A stretch of DNA of 64,000 nt from an uncultured bacterium. Its GTDB lineage: Bacteria > Chlamydiota > Chlamydiia > Chlamydiales > VGMA01. A program made the translations under genes and the position numbers. The stretch is from positions 1,329-65,328 of the forward strand of contig CAZZMO010000003.1 in NCBI GenBank assembly GCA_964655475.1. Direction: 5' to 3'. Shown here piece after piece: positions 35,409 through 44,603 of this stretch (within the stretch, counting starts at the first letter, position 1; each line of letters opens with the position of its first letter). A model generated the notes under the pieces. It was given only the letters and a program-made list of their open reading frames with translations. It searched no databases and was not told the origin of the DNA.

Positions 35409-35957
35409 CTATGGAGTGATCAACCAGGAGCCATTTTGTAGGGGGCTATGGAGGAAGGGTGTACAGTTGGGGATGGGTTGATCAGAGGGGCGGTGTTGAT
35501 CGATGGCCTTCTCGACGGCTCGGTAGGTGCCGCCATGCGCTACGATAAGCACAAGGCCTGGATGAGCAAGGGCTTTGTTAATTCCCGCGAGCGCCCTTTC
35601 GAGAAAGGCAGAATAGGGTTCGGCTCCAGAGAGGGGCTCTCCTTGTTTCCATTTGTAAAACCATTCCCCTTTGGATTGACCTGCATGGGGGCCTAAGTCA
35701 AATTCTTGTAGCTCGTCAATCGCTATGAGAGGGCAGTGGAGCACTTCTTGAAAGAGCTCGGCTGTTTGTTTGGCTCTTTGTAGGGGGCTATAGCAAATGG
35801 TTTGGATGCCTGCATGGATAAGGGTCTTCCGAGCCTCAATTGCTTGGCTGATGCCCGTTTGGTTTAATGGGATATCAAGCTTACCTTGGACTCGGTTTTG
35901 CCGGTTGTAGTCGGTTTCTCCGTGGCGGGCGTAGTAAAAAGGTTTTGGGTCTAACAT
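35409..35957 (-). CDS. histidine phosphatase (phosphoglycerate-mutase-like) family protein
   Basis: Catalytic RHGETDYN motif and a downstream H in VAHGG. Confidence 0.8.
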   Translation of the reverse strand: MLDPKPFYYARHGETDYNRQNRVQGKLDIPLNQTGISQAIEARKTLIHAGIQTICYSPLQRAKQTAELFQEVLHCPLIAIDELQEFDLGPHAGQSKGEWFYKWKQGEPLSGAEPYSAFLERALAGINKALAHPGLVLIVAHGGTYRAVEKAIDQHRPSDQPIPNCTPFLHSPLQNGSWLITP

Positions 35958-36676
35958 GGTATGCCGATTTTACTGAATAGTGTTTTTAATACGATAGCCC
36001 TCTCTTCTTTTGACGTAATGAATCCATGCCGAGCTTCTGTTTTTTCTGAGGAAATTGATGTTTGCAAGGCCCGAATAGTGGGGGTAGGGCACCATTTATC
36101 CCGATCGCAGTAGAGCATATGGAGTTTATTAGAAAGGTGCTGAGGGATTTCTAAAGGGCCACTATATCTACCTATCACTGTATATTCATGATCAATCAAT
36201 AATAAGCTCGTTCTTAGTTCTTGATCGGTTACATAGGGGAGCTCATCAAAAACCCTTTCGAGTTTTTTACGGTGTTTAAGTAATGCTTCCTTAAGAAAAG
36301 AAAGTCTTACGATCTGTCTCATTGACCTCAAAACAATCCTTCCCTTGAGGCTTGGCCTCCTTAGGAATGGGTAGAGTAGAAGACAGTTTTCAATGAGGTC
36401 GGGGTGGTTTTCCAAAAGGCGAAGCGCCATCCAACCTCCGAGTGAGTGACCTATCACGGTTACCTGAGCCTGGGCCTTTTTCTGGAAAGTAACAAGGTTT
36501 TCCCTATGAATAGCTGCCACCTGGTTCAAATAATCGAGAGAGTCTTCCCTATTTGGAAGAAAAGGGTAGGGGGATATGTAGACCGAAGAGGCTTTATATT
36601 CTTTCTTGATCTCCTCGGCCCATAACTCGTAAAAATGGAGAGCGGGAGGGTTTCCTGGTATGATAAACAAATGCAT
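35951..36676 (-). CDS. alpha/beta hydrolase, LDAH/DUF2305-like
   Basis: N-terminus MHLFIIPGNPPALHFYELW and nucleophile elbow GHSLGG. This resembles the eukaryotic lipid-droplet-associated hydrolase family. Confidence 0.5.
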   Translation of the reverse strand: MHLFIIPGNPPALHFYELWAEEIKKEYKASSVYISPYPFLPNREDSLDYLNQVAAIHRENLVTFQKKAQAQVTVIGHSLGGWMALRLLENHPDLIENCLLLYPFLRRPSLKGRIVLRSMRQIVRLSFLKEALLKHRKKLERVFDELPYVTDQELRTSLLLIDHEYTVIGRYSGPLEIPQHLSNKLHMLYCDRDKWCPTPTIRALQTSISSEKTEARHGFITSKEERAIVLKTLFSKIGIPC

Positions 36677-36724
36677 AGATCACCACTCAGCTACTCTAAC
36701 ATAAAGAGAGGTATAGATCTATCG

Positions 36725-37318
36725 CTAGAATGTATTTTTCACAATGGTAAGTCCACCGGGACATACGCAGCTGTAAAATTCTGTTTTAGCTTCTATAGTT
36801 TCTAAAATACTATTTTGATCCAAGTCTATAACAACAACATTTTTAGAACAAGAGACATAGGCGCGTCTTTCTTTTTCTGAAAGAGCGATTGTAGTTGGCC
36901 ACATGTAGGGAGAAGGAAGGGGAATGGTTGCTGAGACTGTTTGGGTCGCAGTATCGATAACTGAAATAGAGTTAACATAATTACTTACGTAAATATAAGT
37001 GTGTGAAGCAGCAATGCCAGATGGTTGGTTCGTAGGTATTGTTGCAACTACTTCATTGGTCGGGATCGACAAGACAACGATTTTATTGTTATCGTAGCCT
37101 CCTATATAGGAGTAACGACCATCAGGTGTGATAGCAATGCTACAAGCTTGAGGTTTTTTATCAAAAATTGGCCATGTTGTTGCAGTATTTGTGGCTATTT
37201 CTATGATCGATATATATGTGCTCCAACCATTAACTACATATGCATAGAGACTATCTGGAGTGATTGCAATTGCAGAAGGGAAATTTCCAATATTTTCTGT
37301 AATTGTTTCTGTAACCAT
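36725..37318 (-). CDS. YVTN-type beta-propeller repeat protein
   Basis: Repeated ITPDxxYxYV.N....ISVID....V..TI units. The ATG at 37318 is preferred over the TTG at 37363. Confidence 0.6.
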   Translation of the reverse strand: MVTETITENIGNFPSAIAITPDSLYAYVVNGWSTYISIIEIATNTATTWPIFDKKPQACSIAITPDGRYSYIGGYDNNKIVVLSIPTNEVVATIPTNQPSGIAASHTYIYVSNYVNSISVIDTATQTVSATIPLPSPYMWPTTIALSEKERRAYVSCSKNVVVIDLDQNSILETIEAKTEFYSCVCPGGLTIVKNTF

Positions 37319-37560
37319 TAGTAAGATAGCCTCACATGATCGATCCACATTATTTTGGAACAAAAATTGAACAAGAGGGGTATACTCTCTCAGGAGACTG
37401 CAGGGGGGGGAGGCTATCTTTTGAGTCCACTTGGGTATAACTTTACTTGAAAATGCAAATGCATTTGGGTATAACCGAACAGTGGGTATATTAGTTGTTA
37501 GAGACTGTCTCTTATGTTTGGGTTTTCAAATAATATTGAATTTATGGAATAGATTGATTT

Positions 37561-38277
37561 ATGGATTTTAATTTACAAAGACAAGAAATTAGTGAAGAGC
37601 TTCTGTTATTTTGTGTGCAGAAAATCAAACAGAATAAGATCAAGATCCCTGCGGCAAGTGAAGAGGTCATAAAAGGACTTCCTGCTATTCTTCAAGCGAT
37701 TAAAAAGGATGGTCTTCCTACTCATTTACTGATCAAAAAATTGAAAGGCAACTTGGGCTCTGGTGTGTTTCTGCATCACAAGGCTGAACCTATCTTGAAA
37801 GGGGAGCCGATTGCTCCATACGCAGGAGAGGTATACATATGTCCTCAACATATGGAGAATGATTCTAATTATGTCTTTGGCCTGATTCCAGACCTCCAAT
37901 TAAATAAAGTGGAGCAGTGCCGCTGGGATCCCGATCGATGTTATCACCCACGCCGCCTTTATTCGGTCGATTTAGACGCTGAAAAAAAGGGGAATTTTAC
38001 CCGTTTTATCAATCATTCGGAAGAGCCAAATATTACGGCTCAATTTGTGCGCATCCCTAAAAATTCAGAAGGTCTTGAAGCATCACCTTTTGAGCTCATC
38101 TATGTAGCTAAGCGAAAAATCTCTCCCGGAGAGCAACTTTTAGTTTGCTATGAGGGGAATGAAAGGAGCTATTGGGGCGCTCTTAAAATCAAACCTGTTC
38201 ATATGACACCCAAAACCTTTTGCCTGAATAAACATGGGGATGTTGTGGAAGAAAAATGTAAGGAATTTGACGAATAA
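37561..38277 (+). CDS. SET-domain protein (lysine methyltransferase-like)
   Basis: GNFTRFINHSEEPN (NHSxxPN), ELIYVAKRKISPGEQLLVCYEG and the earlier YAGEVY are the core SET motifs. Confidence 0.8.
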   Translation: MDFNLQRQEISEELLLFCVQKIKQNKIKIPAASEEVIKGLPAILQAIKKDGLPTHLLIKKLKGNLGSGVFLHHKAEPILKGEPIAPYAGEVYICPQHMENDSNYVFGLIPDLQLNKVEQCRWDPDRCYHPRRLYSVDLDAEKKGNFTRFINHSEEPNITAQFVRIPKNSEGLEASPFELIYVAKRKISPGEQLLVCYEGNERSYWGALKIKPVHMTPKTFCLNKHGDVVEEKCKEFDE

Positions 38278-38336
38278 ATTTATCCGATGGAAAAAACAAG
38301 AATGTGTTAATATCAGCCCCTTTAGAAGAGGGATTT

Positions 38337-38636
38337 ATGTTAAAAACGGTTGAGTCAGTGATGCAGGGTAATCAATATTATCCTGTAGTAACGGAGACTA
38401 TTGGTGCAGGGATGATGGCGGTTGGCATATTAGGAGTTGGATCTGGTACTTGTTTTAAAGTCGAAGAATTTTATATGGGCCACCCGCAGTCCTTACCCAA
38501 TGTTGCCCCAAGTGGAGCAGATTTTTGTATAGAAGCGGGAAGGGTCCTCTTTTTAAAGGGATTGAAACTCGCTCTTCCAGGAATGGTTGTAGCTGCATCC
38601 GTTTATTTTCTATTATCTCAAGCAGAGATACTTTAA
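38337..38636 (+). CDS. small membrane protein
   Basis: Two hydrophobic segments. ATG at 38337 follows a GAGGG SD-like sequence. The GTG at 38304 is also possible. Confidence 0.4.
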   Translation: MLKTVESVMQGNQYYPVVTETIGAGMMAVGILGVGSGTCFKVEEFYMGHPQSLPNVAPSGADFCIEAGRVLFLKGLKLALPGMVVAASVYFLLSQAEIL

Positions 38637-38650
38637 AGTTTCATTTAGTT

Positions 38651-39622
38651 ATGGCTTCCATCGATGTTCGTCCAAGAGAAATAGCTAGCGGTCTTTTTGG
38701 AGCTACTGTCTACAGAGATGAGGAGCCTATCTATCTTCGAATGGAGCTCCTCACAGAAGAAAATGCTCCAGGGTGGTTCAAGTTTTCTCAGATGAGTAAA
38801 TGGATGTCAAAAACAGACAATAGAGGTGTACTGAATCATATTGTTGAGTACCTCGATCCGAGATGGACTCCGTTTGAGGAAAAACATCAAGAATATTCAG
38901 GATTTAGCAATGAAGAATGGAAGGGGTTTGTGAGGAATATCCTTGAAGGAAAGGAAAAGGCCCCTAGATTAAAGGAGATTCTCTATCATCATGAAGTAGG
39001 GGTCGGTCATCTATCTACAACGTTTGAGCGTGGTAAACTTAAGTACATTCTCTATGCATCCAAAACGCCCAATTTTTCCATTAGAGATCATAGAGACCTA
39101 GATTGGAATGACTTTACGATAAAGAAATACATTGAAGCCTATGGAAACCTTTTGATGACGGTCGGTTTTGATGGTCACAAAAGGGAGTTCAGAGGAATCT
39201 CTCGAAGTCCCTATTGGGTCGCTCAAGGGAAGTATCAAAAGATGTCGATGTGGCTGCCAGCATTTATTGGCGCTGTTATGGCTAAGTATTTTCCAGAAAA
39301 TAAAGAGATCAGCGTGAGACCTATAGGGGTCATGGGGCGCATTATTCAAAAACATCTCCATCGAGGGGAAGCTTTTGTTGAAGCAGATCATGGTAAAGTA
39401 GATCTCATGGACTATAAGATTCCAAACTGGGAAAACTCTAGATATTGCATCCGAGTTACTGCTCTAGTTCGCGTTTATCTTCAAGAAATCCTCTATTCGA
39501 TAGACCCCTTTTTAAGACCACCTGAAAAAAAACTAGTCTCACTTCCCCCTTTTCCCTCGAATCTAACTACCCAAGTGAAGTCAAAAATTGGGTTCTGGCG
39601 ACGCCAAAACTACTCGATTTAG
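38651..39622 (+). CDS. hypothetical protein
   Basis: Long ORF. The first ATG after the upstream gene's stop is at 38651. The track's 38525 start would overlap the previous ORF by 112 nt. Confidence 0.5.
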   Translation: MASIDVRPREIASGLFGATVYRDEEPIYLRMELLTEENAPGWFKFSQMSKWMSKTDNRGVLNHIVEYLDPRWTPFEEKHQEYSGFSNEEWKGFVRNILEGKEKAPRLKEILYHHEVGVGHLSTTFERGKLKYILYASKTPNFSIRDHRDLDWNDFTIKKYIEAYGNLLMTVGFDGHKREFRGISRSPYWVAQGKYQKMSMWLPAFIGAVMAKYFPENKEISVRPIGVMGRIIQKHLHRGEAFVEADHGKVDLMDYKIPNWENSRYCIRVTALVRVYLQEILYSIDPFLRPPEKKLVSLPPFPSNLTTQVKSKIGFWRRQNYSI

Positions 39623-40119
39623 GGGGAATCTGGAAAAGGAGCTTCAGCCACTACTTTTTCAATAGATGCAATGAATTCAGGCTTATAGATTTCTCTTGCA
39701 TAGCTACGATGAGATTTCCAAGCATGTTGAATAGAAGGTTTGGAAAAGAGAAATTCCATCCTTTTTGTCCAACAAGATTTGACTTCTGAACCCAGCTCCT
39801 TAAAGTGGCTTTCTAATAAATTGACAGTTGCAAACAGTTCAAATAGTTCATACATGAGGTATTTGTTTTTCTGCATGGAGTCTTGATCTGTTTTTTTGAA
39901 AACTTCAGAGTCGTTTTCCAATAGGGTAAACAGTATTTGGTGGTATCGATCATTGAGGTGAAGATGTGAATTGATTTCACTTTCAATGTGCTCTGCTTTA
40001 AGAGTTTTTGCGTGATAATAAATCGAGGTAATGAGTCCGATAGCCATACAGATAATAGCAACCCACTGCAGTCTGATTTCTGTTTTGGAGCTATGAAGGG
40101 GATGTTCTGTTGGATTCAC
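39619..40119 (-). CDS. hypothetical membrane-anchored protein
   Basis: One N-terminal TM (WVAIICMAIGLITSIYY). GTG start. Confidence 0.45.
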   Translation of the reverse strand: MNPTEHPLHSSKTEIRLQWVAIICMAIGLITSIYYHAKTLKAEHIESEINSHLHLNDRYHQILFTLLENDSEVFKKTDQDSMQKNKYLMYELFELFATVNLLESHFKELGSEVKSCWTKRMEFLFSKPSIQHAWKSHRSYAREIYKPEFIASIEKVVAEAPFPDSP

Positions 40120-40137
40120 TGGGCGCTCCTTTTAGTT

Positions 40138-41076
40138 CTATGATTCTATAGCGAGTTTAATATAAGCAGGGATGCGATCTTCGAGCCAGTGGGTAGCTTT
40201 CCAAGGGACACTACCTGTCATGAAACCGACGTGGCCTCCTTTATCGTAGACCTCTAGCTCTACGTTAGGTGGAACGTGGTCAGGAATAGCATCTTTTGGT
40301 AGGAATGGATCGTTCCTAGCCTGGATGATGAGAGTTTTCTTTGTAATCTTTGGGATGTAATAACAAGAGCTTGAGTCCTTGTAATAGTCTTCCCCACTAG
40401 AAAAGCCGTAGACAGGTGCTGTGAAATGGTGGTCAAAATCTCGGAGAGATTTGAGGCTTTTTACATTTTTGAGGTGCTCTGGGACCTTCTTTTTGGCAAT
40501 TTTCTTTTGGAGACTAGAGAGTAGATGTTTTTGGTAGATCGAGGAGAAGCCTTTGTCTAGTTTATCGGCAGTGCGGCTCAGATTAAAAGGAACAGAGACG
40601 GCAACTGCTGCAGAGATGGGGTTATTCAAGCCCGTTTCTCCGAGATATTTCAACAAGACGTTTCCTCCCAGGGAAACTCCTATGGCAGCGATTGTAGGAT
40701 AGCGGGGTTGCAATATTTCTAATACATACCGAAGATCTTTAGTATCTCCCGCATGATAAGAGGGGAGGTTCCGATTCATCTCACCACTACAGCTTCGAAA
40801 ATGCATGAATAGGCCTCTCATGCCGTTTTTTTGAAGAGCTGCCAGCATCCCTTTTGCATAATGGGAATGGATAGATCCCTCAAGGCCATGGAGCATCAAG
40901 ACTAGAGGATCTCCCTCATTTCCCGTGGTCCAATCTAGATCAAGAAAGTCCCCATCAGGAAGAGTAAGTCTTTCACGAATGAGGTCAATTGCCACAGTTC
41001 GTCTTGTCTTGCTCGGCCAAATCGTTTGTAAGTGGGGGCCAGGGAGCCACCAAGCTGGTTTATAAGGAGTACTCAT
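40138..41076 (-). CDS. alpha/beta hydrolase, YheT/ABHD1-3-like
   Basis: N-terminus PAWWLPGPHLQTIWP, then HGLEGS and GVSLGGN, are typical of the YheT family. Confidence 0.7.
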   Translation of the reverse strand: MSTPYKPAWWLPGPHLQTIWPSKTRRTVAIDLIRERLTLPDGDFLDLDWTTGNEGDPLVLMLHGLEGSIHSHYAKGMLAALQKNGMRGLFMHFRSCSGEMNRNLPSYHAGDTKDLRYVLEILQPRYPTIAAIGVSLGGNVLLKYLGETGLNNPISAAVAVSVPFNLSRTADKLDKGFSSIYQKHLLSSLQKKIAKKKVPEHLKNVKSLKSLRDFDHHFTAPVYGFSSGEDYYKDSSSCYYIPKITKKTLIIQARNDPFLPKDAIPDHVPPNVELEVYDKGGHVGFMTGSVPWKATHWLEDRIPAYIKLAIES

Positions 41077-41143
41077 ATTCACTATAAAGAGTACAACAGA
41101 GAGAAATTTAGCATGGTATCATAATTTTTTTTTGACTATACTA

Positions 41144-41605
41144 ATGGTCATGAAACGGTATATCCCATTATTCATGCTGATCGTTGTTGCGGCTCTTGGA
41201 GCTCTAGCTCTGAGTTATAGAATGCCTATGTGGATGCCCTTTTTTATGGGGATGCTCCTTTGCCAATTTGCCCTCTTAAAGCTCTTTCACCTCGGACAAT
41301 TTGCTAATGGATTTCAAAAATATGACTTTATAGGGAAACGTTCTAGCCATTATTCCTACCTTTACCCTTTTATTGAACTTGGCCTCGGCCTTGGTTACCT
41401 TTCAGGTTTTAAGCCATTCCTCATCAACATCATTACGATCATCGTTACAACACTCGGGGCTTTCGGCGTCATCCAAGCCCTTCGTAAAGGGTTAGATGTC
41501 CGCTGCGCTTGCATGGGCACCATACTTGATGTCCCTCTCTCGACAGTAACCCTTACAGAAGACATCGGCATGGGTCTCATGGCATTCTTAATGCTCTTTT
41601 TTTAA
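41144..41605 (+). CDS. MauE/DoxX-like integral membrane protein
   Basis: 4 TM helices. The C-terminal CACMG resembles the MauE-type CxC motif. Weak call. Confidence 0.4.
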   Translation: MVMKRYIPLFMLIVVAALGALALSYRMPMWMPFFMGMLLCQFALLKLFHLGQFANGFQKYDFIGKRSSHYSYLYPFIELGLGLGYLSGFKPFLINIITIIVTTLGAFGVIQALRKGLDVRCACMGTILDVPLSTVTLTEDIGMGLMAFLMLFF

Positions 41606-41607
41606 GA

Positions 41608-42207
41608 TCAAAGAAGAAAGTGAAAAGATCCAGGTGAGGCTTGTAATAGCTCTTCAATGAATATTGGAAAAGCTTGTCTACGTCGCTTTAAATCTTCTTC
41701 AGTCCAAGGATAAATACCCGTATCTGTGAGGAATTGAACTGCTGAAAGAATAAACTCAGCACATTCGAGAGGGGCTTTTGTTTTGAAAATTCCCTCATCA
41801 CAGCCTTGTTGGATGATTTCTGCGTATAGCGGTGCCTGCTTCATCAAAGTCGCCGCAAGGAGTCTACTATGCAAGGCATCATTAGCGGGTTTATGAAGCT
41901 GTTCTAAGATCTTTTCGTTTTCTTGAGATGAGTTCCCTGCTTTCACCAGAAGCTCGATTTTTTCTAGGGCATTTTTTGAGCTATTCTTGACCAAAGCCTT
42001 CATGTGTTGAATATTTTCTTGAACGATGTCTTCGATGACCGCTTCAAATAGAGCCTCTTTTGACCTAAAATAATGATAAATAGTGCCTTTAGCAATTTCT
42101 AAAGTCTCCATGATGTCTACCATGGTTGTTTTATCATAATCCTTAGTCAAGAAGAGGTTTCGAGCTACTTTGAGAATCTCATCTTTACGATTTACAGGTT
42201 TGATCAC
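41608..42207 (-). CDS. TetR/AcrR-family transcriptional regulator
   Basis: N-terminal HTH: ILKVARNLFLTKDYDKTTMVDIMETLEIAKGTIYHYFRSKEALF. Confidence 0.85.
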   Translation of the reverse strand: MIKPVNRKDEILKVARNLFLTKDYDKTTMVDIMETLEIAKGTIYHYFRSKEALFEAVIEDIVQENIQHMKALVKNSSKNALEKIELLVKAGNSSQENEKILEQLHKPANDALHSRLLAATLMKQAPLYAEIIQQGCDEGIFKTKAPLECAEFILSAVQFLTDTGIYPWTEEDLKRRRQAFPIFIEELLQASPGSFHFLL

Positions 42208-42236
42208 GTGTTAATCCTTTTTTAATGAATGATAGC

Positions 42237-42259
42237 ACTTGACCGACCGTCGGTCAAGT
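42237..42259. promoter_or_regulatory. 23-bp perfect palindrome, candidate TetR operator
   Basis: ACTTGACCGAC-C-GTCGGTCAAGT lies in the divergent region between the TetR gene and the FAD monooxygenase gene. Confidence 0.5.
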
Positions 42260-42300
42260 AGTATGATGCTCACGATGATTTACATGGAGAGACAGTAATT

Positions 42301-43431
42301 ATGAAAAATGAAAAAATCCTTATCTCAGGTGCTGGAATTGCTGGTTATACACTGGCCTACTGGTTAAAGCAACGGGGTTTTTCTCCAACTATTGTTGAAA
42401 AATATTCTTATGTAAGAGGGGGTGGTTATAAAGTTGATGTACGTGGAACCGCTCTCGAAGTGGCAAAAAGAATGGGGATTTATCAAGATCTCTTAGACGC
42501 GAATGTGAATATTATATCCTCTAAATTCGTCTCCTCTGATCAGAGAGTTTTCGAGTTTGATGGGGATATTTTAGGGCACTCATCGGAGGGGGAAATTGAA
42601 ATAAATCGATGGGATCTTGCTCAAATCCTCTCTAAAAAAGTGGGTGAGATTGAAGTCATTTATGGTGATTCCATCACAAATATCGATGGAAAGATGGTGC
42701 ATTTTGAGAAGATGAGCTCGAGAGAGTTTGATATTGTGGTGGGAGCTGATGGGCAGTATTCGAATGTGAGACGGTTGGTTTTTGGAAGAGATGCTGCATT
42801 TCTCAAAAGATATGGTATTCAATTTTGTGTCTTCCCGATCCCCAATATCTTTGAACTAGAGCGTTCGGAAATTGTCTATTTTGATAAAGGAAAGCTCGTG
42901 ACAGCTTATGCTGTCGGGAGCCATTCTTATGCGTGTCTTGCATATAAATCAGAAGAGGAGGGCTTTCATGAAACAGAGTTTCAAGGGTTAGGCTGGCAGA
43001 TCCCTCGTCTCGTTGCTCTAATGAAAGAGAGTGATCAGTGTTACTTTAATTCGATCGCTCAAGTGAGAATGCCTCATTGGTCAAAAGGCCACGTTGTCTT
43101 GATAGGAGATGCAGCCCATTCGGTTCAAGCGATGGGAACGAGTCTTGCAATGCTCGGAGCCTATATTCTAGCACGGGAAATTGAGAGATCGAATGGGGAT
43201 CACCTCTTTGCTTTTAATGAGTATGAAAAAACGATGAGAGGAGTTGTCGAAGCTTCACAAAAATTGGCTGAAGCGAACCAAGAAGCTTTCAAAGAGTCTA
43301 CATTCACTATGAAGTGTAAGCTCTACTTAATGAAAATGATGCCCAAAAAAATCATCCAATTTTTCAATGAAAAGGGAAAAAGGGAGATGAAAAAAGTAGC
43401 TCATCTTTTGACTTTAGAGAGCTTTACCTAA
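42301..43431 (+). CDS. FAD-dependent monooxygenase
   Basis: ILISGAGIAGYTLAYWL, GADGQYSNVR and GDAAHS are the class A flavoprotein monooxygenase motifs. Confidence 0.75.
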   Translation: MKNEKILISGAGIAGYTLAYWLKQRGFSPTIVEKYSYVRGGGYKVDVRGTALEVAKRMGIYQDLLDANVNIISSKFVSSDQRVFEFDGDILGHSSEGEIEINRWDLAQILSKKVGEIEVIYGDSITNIDGKMVHFEKMSSREFDIVVGADGQYSNVRRLVFGRDAAFLKRYGIQFCVFPIPNIFELERSEIVYFDKGKLVTAYAVGSHSYACLAYKSEEEGFHETEFQGLGWQIPRLVALMKESDQCYFNSIAQVRMPHWSKGHVVLIGDAAHSVQAMGTSLAMLGAYILAREIERSNGDHLFAFNEYEKTMRGVVEASQKLAEANQEAFKESTFTMKCKLYLMKMMPKKIIQFFNEKGKREMKKVAHLLTLESFT

Positions 43432-44559
43432 TGAATAAAAAATATGGCTCGACCGCTCACAAAGCTCGAGGAATCTCTCTTCTAGTTCTTTTGTCGTCAT
43501 ACTAGGTGCGGTCATATAGCCAACTGGATCGATGCAGTTTTTGTTACATTTCATAAAGTAGCCATTTCGAGCTATGCTTTCTGAATTTTTTGTGGCGATT
43601 TTTGTGTGAGCGTGGAACATTTCACCATCAGAGAGGAGCTGGATAAAAGGGTGTAAGGGGCCTATCCGGAAAAGGTCTCTCATCTCCTCTGGAGAGACTC
43701 TCAGTGCCATGAAGCTATGAATCGATGGCATGTCTGGCTTAGCATAAGTAATGGCTGCAGCTTCAAGAGAGAAAAAAGCACCTCCAAGTAGAGTCGATCC
43801 AAATGAAAGGGCATGGCTACTTGCAGCATTTAATTGTAGTGTTGAGGGATATCCCGATCCAGAATAACCTCGATAGAGGACCCACTCCCCATTTTCATGC
43901 GCTCTCCTTTCGATCTTGATCACTTCAGACAATAAATTGATATCCCTTATGGCGCTATAAAAGAGCTTTACAGCATCAAGATTATGAATCCAAGATGAGC
44001 GCCAAAATGGAAACTCTCTTTCGCGCCATTCACGGAAAGGGGGGAGCTTAGAAATAATGAATTGTAACATTTCTATATCAGAGCTATTTGCTCTTTGATA
44101 AAGAGTAACCAGTGATTGGTTCATCTGGAAGAAAAGCTCAGACAGATGGGGTCGAGATAGTGAATGATGATCGAAACATTTTACAATCTCCTCTAACCTT
44201 TCAGCTGTAGGTAATAAAGAATGAATGACCTCTTCATATTCCAAAGGTTCCCATTCCTCATGGCAATAAGCTAAAATTCCCTCTCTAATCATCGGCTCAT
44301 GAAAAAAAAGGTACAAAACACCAAGCTGCCAAATAGAAGGGGGAATCCACTGAAGAGAAATACTAGGTACTAGTTGATGACATGCCTGCTTCAAATCGAT
44401 CGGATCAGAGTCATAAAATAGGCGAGGGGCTTCTCCTTTCATAATGAGCTCAAATAGTTCTAACTTTTGCTCTTCTTTTAACTCTTCTTCAAACTGAAAA
44501 AGATAAGTAGCTGACAAAGAATGCAATGTGAGAATGAAGAGGAACAATATTTTTTTCAT
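43414..44559 (-). CDS. secreted hypothetical protein
   Basis: The signal peptide MKKILFLFILTLHSLSA starts at the internal ATG 44559. No secure domain call. Confidence 0.5.
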   Translation of the reverse strand: MKKILFLFILTLHSLSATYLFQFEEELKEEQKLELFELIMKGEAPRLFYDSDPIDLKQACHQLVPSISLQWIPPSIWQLGVLYLFFHEPMIREGILAYCHEEWEPLEYEEVIHSLLPTAERLEEIVKCFDHHSLSRPHLSELFFQMNQSLVTLYQRANSSDIEMLQFIISKLPPFREWREREFPFWRSSWIHNLDAVKLFYSAIRDINLLSEVIKIERRAHENGEWVLYRGYSGSGYPSTLQLNAASSHALSFGSTLLGGAFFSLEAAAITYAKPDMPSIHSFMALRVSPEEMRDLFRIGPLHPFIQLLSDGEMFHAHTKIATKNSESIARNGYFMKCNKNCIDPVGYMTAPSMTTKELEERFLELCERSSHIFYSLGKAL

Positions 44560-44603
44560 ATCAATTAGGAAAAAGTGGGATAGTCTCATAAACATTTACA
44601 AAT

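Noticed and set aside
38525-38650. The track's N-terminal extension of the 365-aa ORF (start at 38525), overlapping the preceding small membrane-protein ORF.
   Set aside because: The extension is Arg/Ser/Cys-rich, overlaps the upstream ORF by 112 nt, and begins with a non-ATG codon. ATG 38651 lies right after the upstream stop and is the more plausible start.
43414-44559. Possible ADP-ribosyltransferase toxin: WVLYRGYSG (Arg motif) and HALSFGSTLL (STS-like motif) occur in the right order.
   Set aside because: No convincing [QE]xE catalytic motif lies downstream; the best candidate is only DGE. Two short motifs are insufficient. It is left as a secreted hypothetical protein. HHpred against ART folds would settle it.
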